From Balanoglossus misakiensis (taxonomy: Eukaryota > Animalia > Hemichordata): a stretch of DNA of 64,000 bases. Below the pieces are notes generated by a model. The model searched no databases, was not told the DNA's origin, and saw only the letters and a list, made by a program, of their open reading frames with translations. This document shows, one piece after another, positions 1 through 12,347 of this stretch (positions are counted from its first letter, which is position 1; every line of letters starts with the position of its first letter). The translations under genes and the position numbers were made by a program. The stretch covers positions 1,371,403-1,435,402 of the forward strand of contig CM082576.2 of assembly GCA_040954595.2 (NCBI GenBank), in the 5' to 3' direction.

Positions 1-1193
1 AGCAGAATAACATAAAACAAATGAATTCAGCAAGAAAAACACCATGTGGCAGAAGACACTGTTTAATGAGTTGAAACATTTTTGTCCTACTTTAATTCAC
101 AGAGGTGTTATCAATGGATGCAGGGAGGAAATTAGAGCAAAATCAGCTTCGGTTCAGTTGTTTCGAACAACACTTCAACAAAACTGAGGCCACATTTCAA
201 AACATGCATGCAACCCTGTAATCAACAGATATTCAAAATAATCACTTTTCTACATCCATGACACTAGCAACGGTACAAAAAGAAATGAGTCACATTTCAT
301 AATTACTCAAAATATAATTGAAAAAAGCAATATGTATTCTGCTGAATTATGATTTTGTTTTGGGTGCCACATTATTCCTATCATCATTTTTGACAACAGA
401 GTGAATATTCATAGATCCATCTTTTACATAAAAAATTAGAAAGCTATCTAAAAATGTTTAATTTAAAAAAAAAGAAACTACTTGTAAGAGCATAGGACTC
501 CAAGTTTCCAAACTTCCTTGAATGCAAACTGTTGTTGAAATAACAGAAATATGCAGGTATTTCAAAATCTACAATGTAAAATAGACTTGAGGGTTTTGTG
601 TCTGTACAGAGGCCCACCTGCCTTTTGCATTTCATAAATGGACTGTGATCACATTCACAATATCCTCGATCATGCCAGATAGATTTCTCCCCAGAACAGA
701 ACAGCCATTATGAATTCAGTAGACGACACTGAATATGCTGAGATGACTATTTGGAGCATGACTATAAATTATACATGAAGTGAGACAACATGGAGTCTAT
801 CCCTTGAGAACTCCATGAAACACAAACTACTTGTTCTTTCTCATCTGGATTATTTCAGGACAATTACCCTGGCAATCTTCAAGAAAAAAACTGCATTCGG
901 ACAACTTTTTGTGACCATCATAACCACTTTAAGTGTGTGAAAGTTATGCATAATTTCTCAGATACTGTGCACAGTAAAATCAGCCTAAACCCCCATACCA
1001 TATCGGCTGACAAATTTTTATACATTGTAGAGATGATTGATAATGCACAGAGGTTCTTTTGATATGCAAGACAGTCCTATGAGATGAGATGAAAAAAGGT
1101 GGTCATTGTAGACAGGATTCTAACTTTCGGCAGAATTAAGTTTTGATGGGTTTGATGCTTCTATAGTGAAATTTGTGGAGTAATGTTACCTAC

Positions 1194-4100
1194 CTGTAGT
1201 CAGGGTTTCCATTATCAATGAATGTATCCATCCTTTGAGAATAGGAATTTCCATGAGTTGAACAGCTTTCAGAACACAAACTGAAAACCACACTTCTGGC
1301 CTGAAAAGGACAAATCAAAAGTTTGGAGTTATGCACAGTGATAGGGGCAATCTTTGCAACATCAGCCAACAAGGTAAAGAATACCCACCAATAAATGCAT
1401 ACAATTTTGATTTTAAACAGAAATCTGAGGACTCATATGACATGTATTAATGTATAAATGCCTTTGATAGGAAAGAATGGAATTAAAGTGATATGTAATC
1501 AATATGTGCACGTCACTTTTATGTGTTATCACTAAAAACATGTATGGGTTCTGATAATGTAATATGGCACCATAACCGGCCTGGGAGAATTTTTGGCAAT
1601 CTGAACTGCACTGGGAATCTTACTGATGCGGTCCCAGATAGCATTTTTGGAACTTGTACATACAAGAACTGGCTAAATTTTGACTGTCTTCCTGCATTTA
1701 ACATGACTGAAGTGCTGTTGAAGATAAAATCTACCTCATACAGATTATCTGCCAAAACCAAATGTTTCTTTTCTGCTACCATCACTTGACCTAGCTCATC
1801 AGTTTCAATGTTTCCATGGGTATGTAAGAGAGTCATACAAAATTAAAACTATTCTGGGAATCTGTTGTTCCCAACAACAACTCATGTTTTTTTTCTGAAA
1901 TACCACTAAAATTCCTATTGCAAGCAATGGCTACATTTCTGAAGTAATGAATAAGTGGGGCAAAAAAAAAACATTATTTATATCAAGACTGTCAGAAAGA
2001 TAAAAGTGACATGATCAAATACATGTTTTCATTGCATACTTACTTTTCTAGAAAAGATAACGAAGCCTTGGTGATGTGTGGAAATGCACTTTCTGAATTC
2101 ATGTGTAAGATCACTTGAGCTTTACCTGTCACATTCAGATTTTGAACCGCAAAGTCAACACTCATGCCCATCCTATGAAAAAAAAAATTCACATACAATG
2201 TATTAATATTGTGAGTTTTTGGGGGGCTTTGTTTGAGGGTTGAAGACAAATCCATCTGCACACTATACCAATTGCTCTTGTGTTATAAGAGGGTTATGAA
2301 ATAGGACTTGAAACAGGAAATGAAAGAGTTTATACAATAGAGCACAGAATTGAATTCCTAGAATTATCGGATAAGTACTTTTCCATCATGGTGATGAAAC
2401 ATACTTGACATGATGACACTACAGTGTTGTTCATGAAAAAAGGTTTTCTGTTCAACCAAAGGTCAATAAAGTGCATATAACAACAGTGTTTGACAGGTGT
2501 CAGAATAATCAAGTCTGGCCTCTGCTTGTAGCCCATATACGGTACTAGGATCTTCTGTGCGTGGCAGTTAAAACTATCCAGCATATTGTATAACAACTCT
2601 TTTTTTAGCACAGTCTAACTGCAACAATATTGACCACTATTGATTTTGTTATTCTCTGGAATCACCATATTTTTTATGGCTTCATCTTGGCTTGCTGAAG
2701 ACAGACAACAGAGTGGAAATCATTACATTCTGTACAACATCCATGCATGGATTCACTTGAACATTTTTAACCTTCTCTGACATTTGTAGGTGTGACATCT
2801 GCTTTTGGATGTCGAGTTGACCACGTTGCGAAATGTGAATGATCATGATGATAGGGAAGTGAGGGAAGTGAAGTGACAGTGTACATAAACACAATATTTC
2901 ACAGAGCAAGTGTTTCGGGGCTGAATGAAGGAAAATGTTCGGGATTTGGCAGACAGGAAGGAATCATGTCTAACATAAATGTCGCAACACTGGAATTTTT
3001 AAGAAGATAAACTGTCCCTAAAAAGCATATTTTATTTTTTTTCAAATTAGGGATCTTAAAATTCTTCTTTCTCATTTATGGCAGCTCTAAAATCACGATA
3101 CACCAGAGATAAGAATAAATTACATTTGACAGATACACTGGATAAATTTATGTGACACAGATATGTGACAAAGGTTATAGAAAAGCCAAGAATGCAAATT
3201 TTATAGATTTGTGCTCCAGGCTCCTACTATTTACAAAGAAGCTGAATCATGCGAATTAATCCCAAGATTATAATGCAATATTCATTCCTTCAATTTTCTC
3301 AAATGCTTTCAAAATATTTTTTTAGATAACAAGTCTAGCAGACATCATCTGAGATGATAGAACAACCTGTGTGGATGGACTATGAGAAAAAGACAAGTAT
3401 ACGTTATTGTTCAGCATGCATTTGATTCTCAAATAATCAACAATTACTAGATATGTGCGAACAACTTACAGCTTTGCACCCAGTCTTGTACGGAACACCA
3501 TTTTAAACTCTGGAGAATAAAGTCCTACATCTCCTTCAAAGACCAGTTGATAGCTGGTGATTTCTTGGCCAAATCCTTGTGGTGGTTGTAAAACACTTTC
3601 AGGAGTGACAGGAAAGGCATGGATGCGATCAATCACTTCATATACCCTCAGGAACTTCACATATGGTGTGCGACTCCCGATGTGGAAACTTTGCAGCTCA
3701 ATACTATCTGTGAATGAACAACAAATGAACAGCAATTTACTTTATACCAGTAAATCAAAAGTTTGATTTATTTTCTATAGAATATTCTTACAAGGTACAC
3801 ATGTAAACAAATCATGGTTTTATAGCGAGAACATAAATTTACCACAAAATTGAAGAGAAGAGCAATAAACTTATCCCTTGAGTCTAATGAAACCAAACTG
3901 TTTATGTAGAACTATTATACTATTTATAGCATATGAAGTGTGTCATTCAGGCTTTTACAAGTAGCATACCACCATCAGGAAATGTGTGTGAGAGTCCAGA
4001 CCTTCAAACTAAAATTACCTACAAATACCTGTCAGACAATCCAATTGGAACAATTAGCATTTGGGGGCAATCTATCTTATTCTTTAGTATCAAAAGAAGT

Positions 4101-5975
4101 CATTTTGCCTATAGCCCTCCCCTATCCAGGCCACTGGCTGTTGTTTTATAAAAGTGATGGATCTGTGTGCAATATGTTCCAGGCAAGCTATTGAAAAACC
4201 ATAGCCCGGACACTTTATGCAAGCGAACAAAACTCCTGCAACCTTTTGTTGTGTTTCTATTCTATATAATAATAACTAGGATTCATTAACCAGGCTGTGG
4301 AATTTCATGCATAGCAGGTTATGAGAAACAAATCTTTAGCTAAATACCATAGCTGGGTCAGTCTGCCCTCCCAAGTAACCCTTGTAGATTTTGGGAGGGA
4401 GTGTGCCACCCTTGCCACAGATATCACAATTGCACAATTTCAATATTTCTGACCCAATTCTAGTCATGTACAAAACTAATGCGTAACATCACCTGATTGC
4501 AGACAGACCAGAACCTAACCCTCTTAAAAAGCTTCAGAAATAAATAATGCACAGTGATCATAAGTCTTCTCCATGTTTATAGCTCCTATGTGACACATGA
4601 ATCAAAATGTCATAAGTACGAAATGCTAGTGATAATTTACTGCTTTTTGACATATCTTCGCTCCATGTCCATCGGAATGACCTTGGCATTCTTATACTTG
4701 AATCATTGCAGATCCAAGGTCACAAGATCACCTTGATATTCATCACGAATTTCAATATCACCTTGATGACATTATCAGTGAAACATGGGGCAAAATCATC
4801 TGGCAGTACATGTAAGTTATTCAATTATGAATGAGATAGAGAGAGCTTTCTAGTAGATTCACTATGGTCCATGGTGCATGCCAAATGCAGATCTGTTCAT
4901 TTAGAATCATTGTATTCCAGCAGAGAACAAATTATGTTAATTAAAGAACCTGAATTTTTATTCCTATTCCTCAGAAGAAATGAAACTTAAAATAATAAAG
5001 TTGACATTATGTTTCATCCATGCAGCTTACCTACAAAACTTGGCTTGGCTTTGAGTAAAACTGGGTTGAGCTCTTTCTTAAGATGCTTGAAAATAGAGTC
5101 ATGGCTGAACAGCCACCTGTTAAAAGAAAATAAGTATAACCATAAATCATCAATACCTCAATTCTTACAATGTCTTCATACTCGCATTCATTCAGGGTCA
5201 GGATTTTTTTCAAGAATGTTACTAAAATAAAATGTGACCTAATATCTCATCTCCATCATGATTCTGATATGTGCACTTAGATACTGTAAAACGGGAAAAT
5301 TCACAGAATAGGTACTTTGTGTTCAATTATCTGAAGTTGCATTTGTTTTTGACTGCAGAATTTCATGGCATACTTGATAATAGATGGTGCATGCATTGTA
5401 AATCTCCCATTCTTGTGCATAATCCGAATCTATTCACTAAAATGAACAGATCCCTAAATGTCAGGGTTGCCATAAAATGAACTGAAAATAGGTCAATTTA
5501 CTGGATTGAATGGCCATCACAAAACTGTTAAGGCTAATTATATTAAATTATATTATAATTATGGGTAAAATTATTCATCAAAATTATTTTGAAGTCCGCA
5601 TAACTGCAAAGAATTGTAGCTGATGAGATTAAACACTTACCATCTATTGATGATGAAATTCAACCACTCGGCTGTTTCTGATTGGCGGAGAGCTCTCTGC
5701 TGATGAACACGTATTGTCTCCACGGTAACAGATTCATTCACAATCTTCAGCATCTGTGCCTTCCATATAACAAACATGACAACCACTAGTCCAACAACGC
5801 TGAAGAAAGAATGACCCCAGACACCAAACAACCAAGCCAGGCAAACAAGAATGGCATTGAAGCTGTAGGCTGGCAACAGACGATAGAATGATACAGATGT
5901 GTAATCACATTCGCCTGATGCAATATCTGATCTGTTGCCTCCATGATAACGACCAGGAATTGTTTTTGCAGACAT
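1194..5975 (-). CDS. SMP-domain membrane-contact-site protein (extended-synaptotagmin/tricalbin-like); 5' part only, the gene probably continues past the window start
   Basis: Five in-phase GT-AG exons: 5975-5641, 5116-5031, 3707-3470, 2172-2044, 1300-1194. They encode an N-terminal hydrophobic hairpin followed by SMP-like motifs (ETAEWLNFIINRWW...LNPVLLKAKPSFVDSIELQSFHIGSRTPYV...FPHITKASLSFLEKPEVWFSV...MEIPILKGWIHSLI). A possible non-coding first exon has its donor near 6743. Confidence 0.85.
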
Positions 5976-7876
5976 GTTGATTTTAGACTTCCTTCACCAT
6001 GGCCTGTTATATTAAAATATAATATATTGATTAGTTTCTATAATGCTATACCAGTACCGGTATGTTAACAAGTTTTGACATGAAAACACAAATTTTTGTG
6101 TTTGTGTCTGTATGTCCGCTCATTGATATCTCAACTTGAAAATAACTTATCACATATCAGCCAAATAATTTGGTGGACAAGTTAGATCAACAACTACATT
6201 ACATGAGTAGATATTTGTGGGTGTGGTTTGCATATTAATATCATTTATCAAATGTCAATATTTTCATGAAAGTACATCAGTTGTCTATGGAGAGCACCAT
6301 AAAAAACAACATTCATGAAAACTACTAAGTGCCAGCTACACATAAAAAAAGGTTATGATGCCAATCATGGTACTATGTTGTTCGGGCCTGCAGGCTGACT
6401 TGCATTTTGTTTTGTTTTTCAAAACACGGGAGCACATTCAGTCCATGTGTTTTCATCAGTTGTGCCTGTGGTGTATTTGACCATGGATATCTATAATCAA
6501 TCGTGGTTCCATGCACCTCAAAAGTATCAATCGAGTTTACAATAATTGCACCGTCGTCTCTTCGTGACCTGGCTACATGGCCTCCGTCAAGACCTACAGA
6601 CGGGGAAGTGGTACATGCAAGTTGTAGCGTTCTTAGCGACGCTGTTCTCTTGGTAACGTAAACTATCAGCACGCCATGATTACTGTAAAAATCAACACAA
6701 AACATACTTGATTCATTTAGATCTCATTATAACATTACATTACCTCAGCAACAAGATTTGGTAACACATTATAGGTTCTGTCTGCGATGGTTGAACTTGA
6801 CGACTGAGTCGAGATGACTGTTAGTCACTTCCAGTGAGTGAGAGTGACAAGCTCAGCTGTCGCCAGACGCAACTGCAGATTCATGCCGCATCTATGAACA
6901 GTCGTCGCCTTGGAGTTTTGCAAGGAACATTGTTTATAATAATGCATGCATGATCAACGTGAGGGGACCAGTGGGATAGGTAATAAGTCCCCTCCCTCGC
7001 AGTACGTCCACCAACTTGTTTCTCGTCGCAAGTTGACACGATCACTTCAACTGTTAGTGCTCAGAGCTGGAGATGCAGAGTTGTCGTGTGAACAACGCCC
7101 TCCCGTAGAATATAACTGGTTTCTTTTGTTTTTAGTATACAAGTTTCTGAGTAAAATACTAGTACTTAGCCGCCATGAGTACCCAACCTGGGGAAGACTT
7201 TCATAAAATTCCATTCAGACTTAGCACGCCATATCAATGCTCACACAAAACAGAATCACACAACAATCTGGCGAATTTGAATTATCAGATTTTAATAAGA
7301 AAAGCAACAATGATCTTGAGTTTTCAATATAATACGAGGAAACATTACATTTATATTCACTGACATAGACAGTAAATATTTCAGAAATATGAGAAGTTTA
7401 TGTAAAATGTCCAAATAAATCAGAAGAAATTCTTTTTAAGTACATTTGTACTGTAAATGTACAAATACTCCCTGAGAAAGTCTTGTAAATGTATCAAATT
7501 TCTTATTGCATAGTTCTCTTCATAGATAATCTTTTATATAAACATTTTTTTTAGAAAGAATACAATACAAGATTTTCTTTTCTAAATTTAAAGTCTTAAT
7601 ATTTCTAATCAAAAGAATTAAATGCAAAGTTCATCGTAATTTAACTTGAAAAATCCAAATAAATTCAAATGCCGCTATAATTTTTACGTATATGTGAAAC
7701 ATCATAATTTCTTAGCTGAAAATATACATGTATTACTGCAGTAAGCTTCAAATTACATATCCACAACTTTATTTGAACTTGAGTATCCTCTATTGATCAA
7801 TTGCTTTATTATAACAGTACTCCACAATTGCATAGGCCCCTTGTATGGGCTTTGGTAAGTAAATGACAATCTTCAT

Positions 7877-8568
7877 TCATTGATCTTGGTCACCAGTTGT
7901 TGCTTGGCCATTCTGCGGCCTCTTCTTGAAGGGTGATGGTACTCCAATGGCTATCCAGATTGGCACACCCAGGAAGACGACACCACCAGTCACAGGTAAA
8001 CACCGTTTCAACTTTGTTTTGACCTTCAAAACCAAAAATACAAACGTAAGGTTGCTATCTTTTAATGAGAGATACTTTGCATGAGAAGGTTCTTATGTCA
8101 TTTGCATAAAAACTTTTTACACCTGGGGTATGCATGCTCACACAGTCCTTGTTCAACAGAACATTTCATGTACACATGTCACATCCAGGATGAATGTTAA
8201 GGATTGTAACAACTATTGACTTATCGGATTATAATAATTTATAACAGCATAATATGTAAACACTTATCACATCACAAAATAGCCAAAATAATGGAAAAGT
8301 TTGTGATGTGTATTTTTTCATGAAAAGTTGTAATATTCATGGGAAATAGCTCAGTCGCATGGGAGTTGTCCGTATACGTGCGATCGCGCCTATGACTCAG
8401 GAGTACATTGAACAACAACTAACTACTGCGAAGAGAAACGAGAAACTGCGAAAAAGAAACATTAATAGTTACCTCGGGAGTCATCCAGCCATATCGACGT
8501 ACGCAAGAGATGACGAAGTTTGTGGTTCGCACGTCGCGAAACAACGTGGCTTGCAATATTCGCGACAT
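7877..8568 (-). CDS. 80-aa single-TM microprotein with a mitochondrial-presequence-like N-terminus; COX8-like
   Basis: Exon 1 8568-8473 (GAG|gtaact) and exon 2 8023-7877 (ttttgaag|GTC), phase 0, give MSRILQATLFRDVRTTNFVISCVRRYGWMTPEVKTKLKRCLPVTGGVVFLGVPIWIAIGVPSPFKKRPQNGQATTGDQDQ*. Confidence 0.7.
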
Positions 8569-8777
8569 CAAGCCAATTTTCTTCGCCCCTGGTCCGAATA
8601 CAAAGACTTCAAACAAGTCTGTTTGTTCTGCGTTGAAGCAAGAACCCGCAGAAGTTTTCCCACTTACAGCATCCTCTTCTAAAATAAGTGAAGCTATGAA
8701 AAACTTTGTACACAACAGCAACAATAAAGATTCACTTCTTGTCTATTATGGGAGATATGTTAATTTCTTTGGTGACA

Positions 8778-8841
8778 CTAGCCAATCAAAATTGACCTTC
8801 TTTTGGTCTAGCCAATCAGACGGAACGGAGCCATGTTTGAA
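8778..8841 (+). promoter_or_regulatory. NF-Y CCAAT x2 plus CHR (TTTGAA): G2/M-type promoter of NUSAP1
   Basis: CTAGCCAATCA at 8778 and 8808 (30 bp apart), then TTTGAA at 8836-8841, about 90 bp upstream of the NUSAP1 ATG. Confidence 0.65.
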
Positions 8842-8931
8842 TTATTTGCCTTTCAGAAACACAGGTTGGCGTCACCTGGCGTTGGAAGTCTCTAATTTAA
8901 CACATTTATTGTGGCGCATACTACCAATAAA

Positions 8932-11900
8932 ATGTCTTCTATAAATATCCAAGATCTTGAAGGGATGAAGAGGGCCGATCTTCAAAAACTGGCGAAAAAG
9001 GCCGGAATCAAGGCCAATATGAAGGTACGTAAATTTCCGAGTGTGAAACATCAGACAAATCATATATACAGTACATGTACATATGGCTTCTTAAACCGTA
9101 GACTGCACTATCTATGGATATGTTATTAAACTTTGCGAGTCTTTGCCCGAGATTTTATGCTGTGATTGTAGTGTTTCCACGGTAACTATGTACGGACTTC
9201 GTCGATGCGTTGCCCGCCGACGGAATGGACTTCCGTTGGGATCTGGTAACTCTTATGGTATCGCCCAGGGGTCATAGACGTGTCCACCAAAGTTACCTTA
9301 TGTTTTAAACATAGGGTTGGTTTGCAGCTGTTCTTACTTGGGTCCCTGAACTTGACTGTTATTTCAAGAATCCATCTATCATTTTGTTTCAGACTGTGCA
9401 ACTAATAGAAGCTTTAAAGCAACACTTCATGCAAGAAAGTGATGTAAAAACTTCTGACGCTGAAGAAAAGCCTGTCAACATCAAGGAGACAGTTACTCCT
9501 GAAGTCAACAAACATGAAACAACAGACCAGGCCATCAAAAATTCATCTGGCAAGAAAACAAAGAAAATAAAAAGATCCACCTTTGAGATAGCTCCAGAAG
9601 ATTCAGTCACCAATCCACAAACACAACATCCTGGACAGAAACGCAAACGGGGAAGCAGTTCCAGCAAACAACCATCCCCAGTCCAAGATGCAAACAAGGA
9701 TAGACCACCTTGCAAAAAGAAAAGAAGCAGAGGCGGATCTTTTGATGTATGCACAAAGCGAACGTCACCAAGGTTATCTACTAAAGAACAAACCATGAAG
9801 TCACCAAATCCAGATGGGGAAAAAGAGGAGGCTACCAAAGCCCAAGCTGACCCTGAACTTAGAGCCACCATCATGGCAGAAATCGACAAGAAAATTAAAG
9901 AAAGTAGGTCAACTGACACTTTAATTGCTTCATACGTTATCTGTTCCTTGTATCCATAATAGACACATGTGATTTGTATCACCAACAATGTTTTGGCAAC
10001 ATGTCACAAGACAAGTGAAATTATCCTGTGGTTGCTAAGGTGACTAACTTTCACCTGAAGGTTACTTACTACACACTCGCAAAGACAACCTTCATATAAT
10101 CTCAGCACATCAATTCTTAATTTTTTGTTATTACTGAACAATTTTAAGAATCCCAGATTTCAAGTGGTGGCAAGATTCCACGTTTTGCTGCGTTTGCTGC
10201 AAAGAACCAGGAAAAGAAGCCTATCACACCAGGAAATAAAAACTGGACCAAACTTCACCAGAAACAATTTCAGAAAATGGAAGGAATCGATGTGTATCTT
10301 GAAAGAAAAAGGAAGAGGATGGAAGCAATGAGTGCCTCTGCCAAGAAGGCAATGGTGGGTAGCTTTCTGGACTACATCAAAATACAGTGAAACACTTTTT
10401 GTTTCCAGTGTTATTAGGGGCACTATTGTGGAGTTTGGGGAAACTTGGAATTGCATGTATTGACATTGCAAGCGTCTGGATTATTATCTGTTGATATCAG
10501 ATAAAATAATAGATGCAGAGGTATTTACATTTATTTGTTGCAAATAAACATTGTTGAGCCAGTCTGACCCCAAACTGACATCTCCTTTTGTAGAGTATCA
10601 CAGATGAAGCCAAGACTGCTGCAGATACTCTGAAAGCAATGAAAACTCCCAAATCAGCTGTCAGGGTGAGTACCATTGTAATAACATAGTTGACTTGTGG
10701 TTAATTCTTGATTGACTGTTGTTACGACAGAAAGGGCAAAGTCAGTGGTTTTCTGTGAAAAGAAATTTATTTAAGACTAGCAACTAATGGGCTGCACAAG
10801 TCACAAAGCAGTGTAAAGCCTATAGAACCCAACTGAGCAACACACAGCACTCCATGTTCAGTTATATTCTTCGGTTGTAGCACACAAGCACAACGTTGTG
10901 CAGGAAAATCATAAGTCTTCTGGTGATCGACCAAAGCAGGTTTTAGTATAGATACTAGACTAGTTTTAGTCCAAATGGCGTACTCACCAAGTGACAAATG
11001 ACAACATCGTCTTCAAGTCAAACAAGCAGCATGCATGCAGACCAAAATGGAAGAATTTAGTCAGCTCTGAAGTCAACAGGACAGCATCCAATGTAATAGT
11101 AGCCCCTAGCACATGGCAGCATGCGTATTTATATGTCCATCAAAATAAATTATTCATTAACACCTGGCCATGCAAAAGAGTTCAAGAAACAATAGGCCAG
11201 AACTAGATTCACCTGATCCCTAGAAAACAAAAGGAAATCTTGCTCCCATGAACAAAATGAACAGACGCAATCAGTCTGCAATAAATATTTAAATAAATAC
11301 CTTGTATCTTCCCCCCCCCCCCACAGCACGTCACAATTGCCAAACCAGTTGTACGAATCAAGACACCTGATGTGACTCTGAAGTCACCCAAGCCATTTGT
11401 ACCGACCATCACCAGTATCAGCAAAATCAAGACAGATTTCAGAAAGTCTGCTCTGAAAACTCCTCTGAAACCTGTACTGCCACCACTGCTGCTGCAGAAC
11501 AAAACTGAAACACCAGCAAACAAACTGACCAGGAAGTCATTTGGAAGTACCTTGAAAAAATCACAGATCAGAAAGTCCGCGCTGGTAGATCGTAAATCCA
11601 TGGGCGAAAGCAGGAAATCTGTAGGAAGTAAGTGGTTACCATTATTTCTTTGCTGTTTCCCATGCACTTTGAATTTGCTGAATGCTTACTGGTGATCATT
11701 ATTCCTAATAAACAATTCTGACACATATTTTCCAATTTCCACAAGGTGGACTTGCACCAGTGACCCCCAATCCAAAGAAAGTATTCGACTTGAAAGAAAG
11801 TTTAAATAAACCTCTCACCTACAAACCACACACAGGTATGTATTTTGACTTGTCTACATGTCTTCTGACTTTCTAGATGCATTTAGGCCTACATACAGTC

Positions 11901-12347
11901 TTCATCAAAACCCTATGTTAAACATGATATGATCACACATTATATTTTTTGCTGACAGGTAAGCTTAAACCACTTGGCGACCCTACTTACCAGAAAGCAG
12001 TCAAACCAACATCACTGGCCAAGGCAAAGGAAGACATCAAGAAACCCAAGATAAAGACCAGGTAAGATTTATCAGGTTGTCTCAACCTTACCATGCGCTT
12101 GAAGCGTGGATTTCAAGGCTAGTTTTTCATTTCAGCATCCAGGTATTTGGACAGATCTGCATCAGCCTTACAGATTGTTGATGGCATTGGGAGAGCAGTT
12201 TTATGTATAAAAAAAAATTAATAATACAATTGCCTTATCCTCAATTTTCTGATTGATTTCAGGAACGATAGGCGGACTGCATACAACCAACGCCGACAGA
12301 ACCTGAAAAATAACAGCATGATGGCCAGAAGAGGCATCATATCATAA
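8932..12347 (+). CDS. NUSAP1: Nucleolar and spindle-associated protein 1 (~482 aa)
   Basis: Exons 8932-9024, 9393-9907, ~10165-10354 (acceptor uncertain), 10594-10665, 11327-11627, 11746-11835, 11959-12061, 12263-12347. N-terminal SAP-like helix (MKRADLQKLAKKAGIKANMK), TPGNKNWTKLHQKQFQKMEGIDVYLERK, and C-terminal FDLKESLNKPLTYKPHTGKLKP are typical of NuSAP. Confidence 0.9.

Noticed and set aside
8359-8944. Plus-strand ORFs of 107 and 144 aa
   Set aside because: They overlap the CpG-rich bidirectional promoter and the antisense first exon of the COX8-like gene, and show no recognisable protein features.
9389-9988. 199-aa minus-strand ORF (likewise 11209-11667)
   Set aside because: Antisense shadows of NUSAP1 exons.
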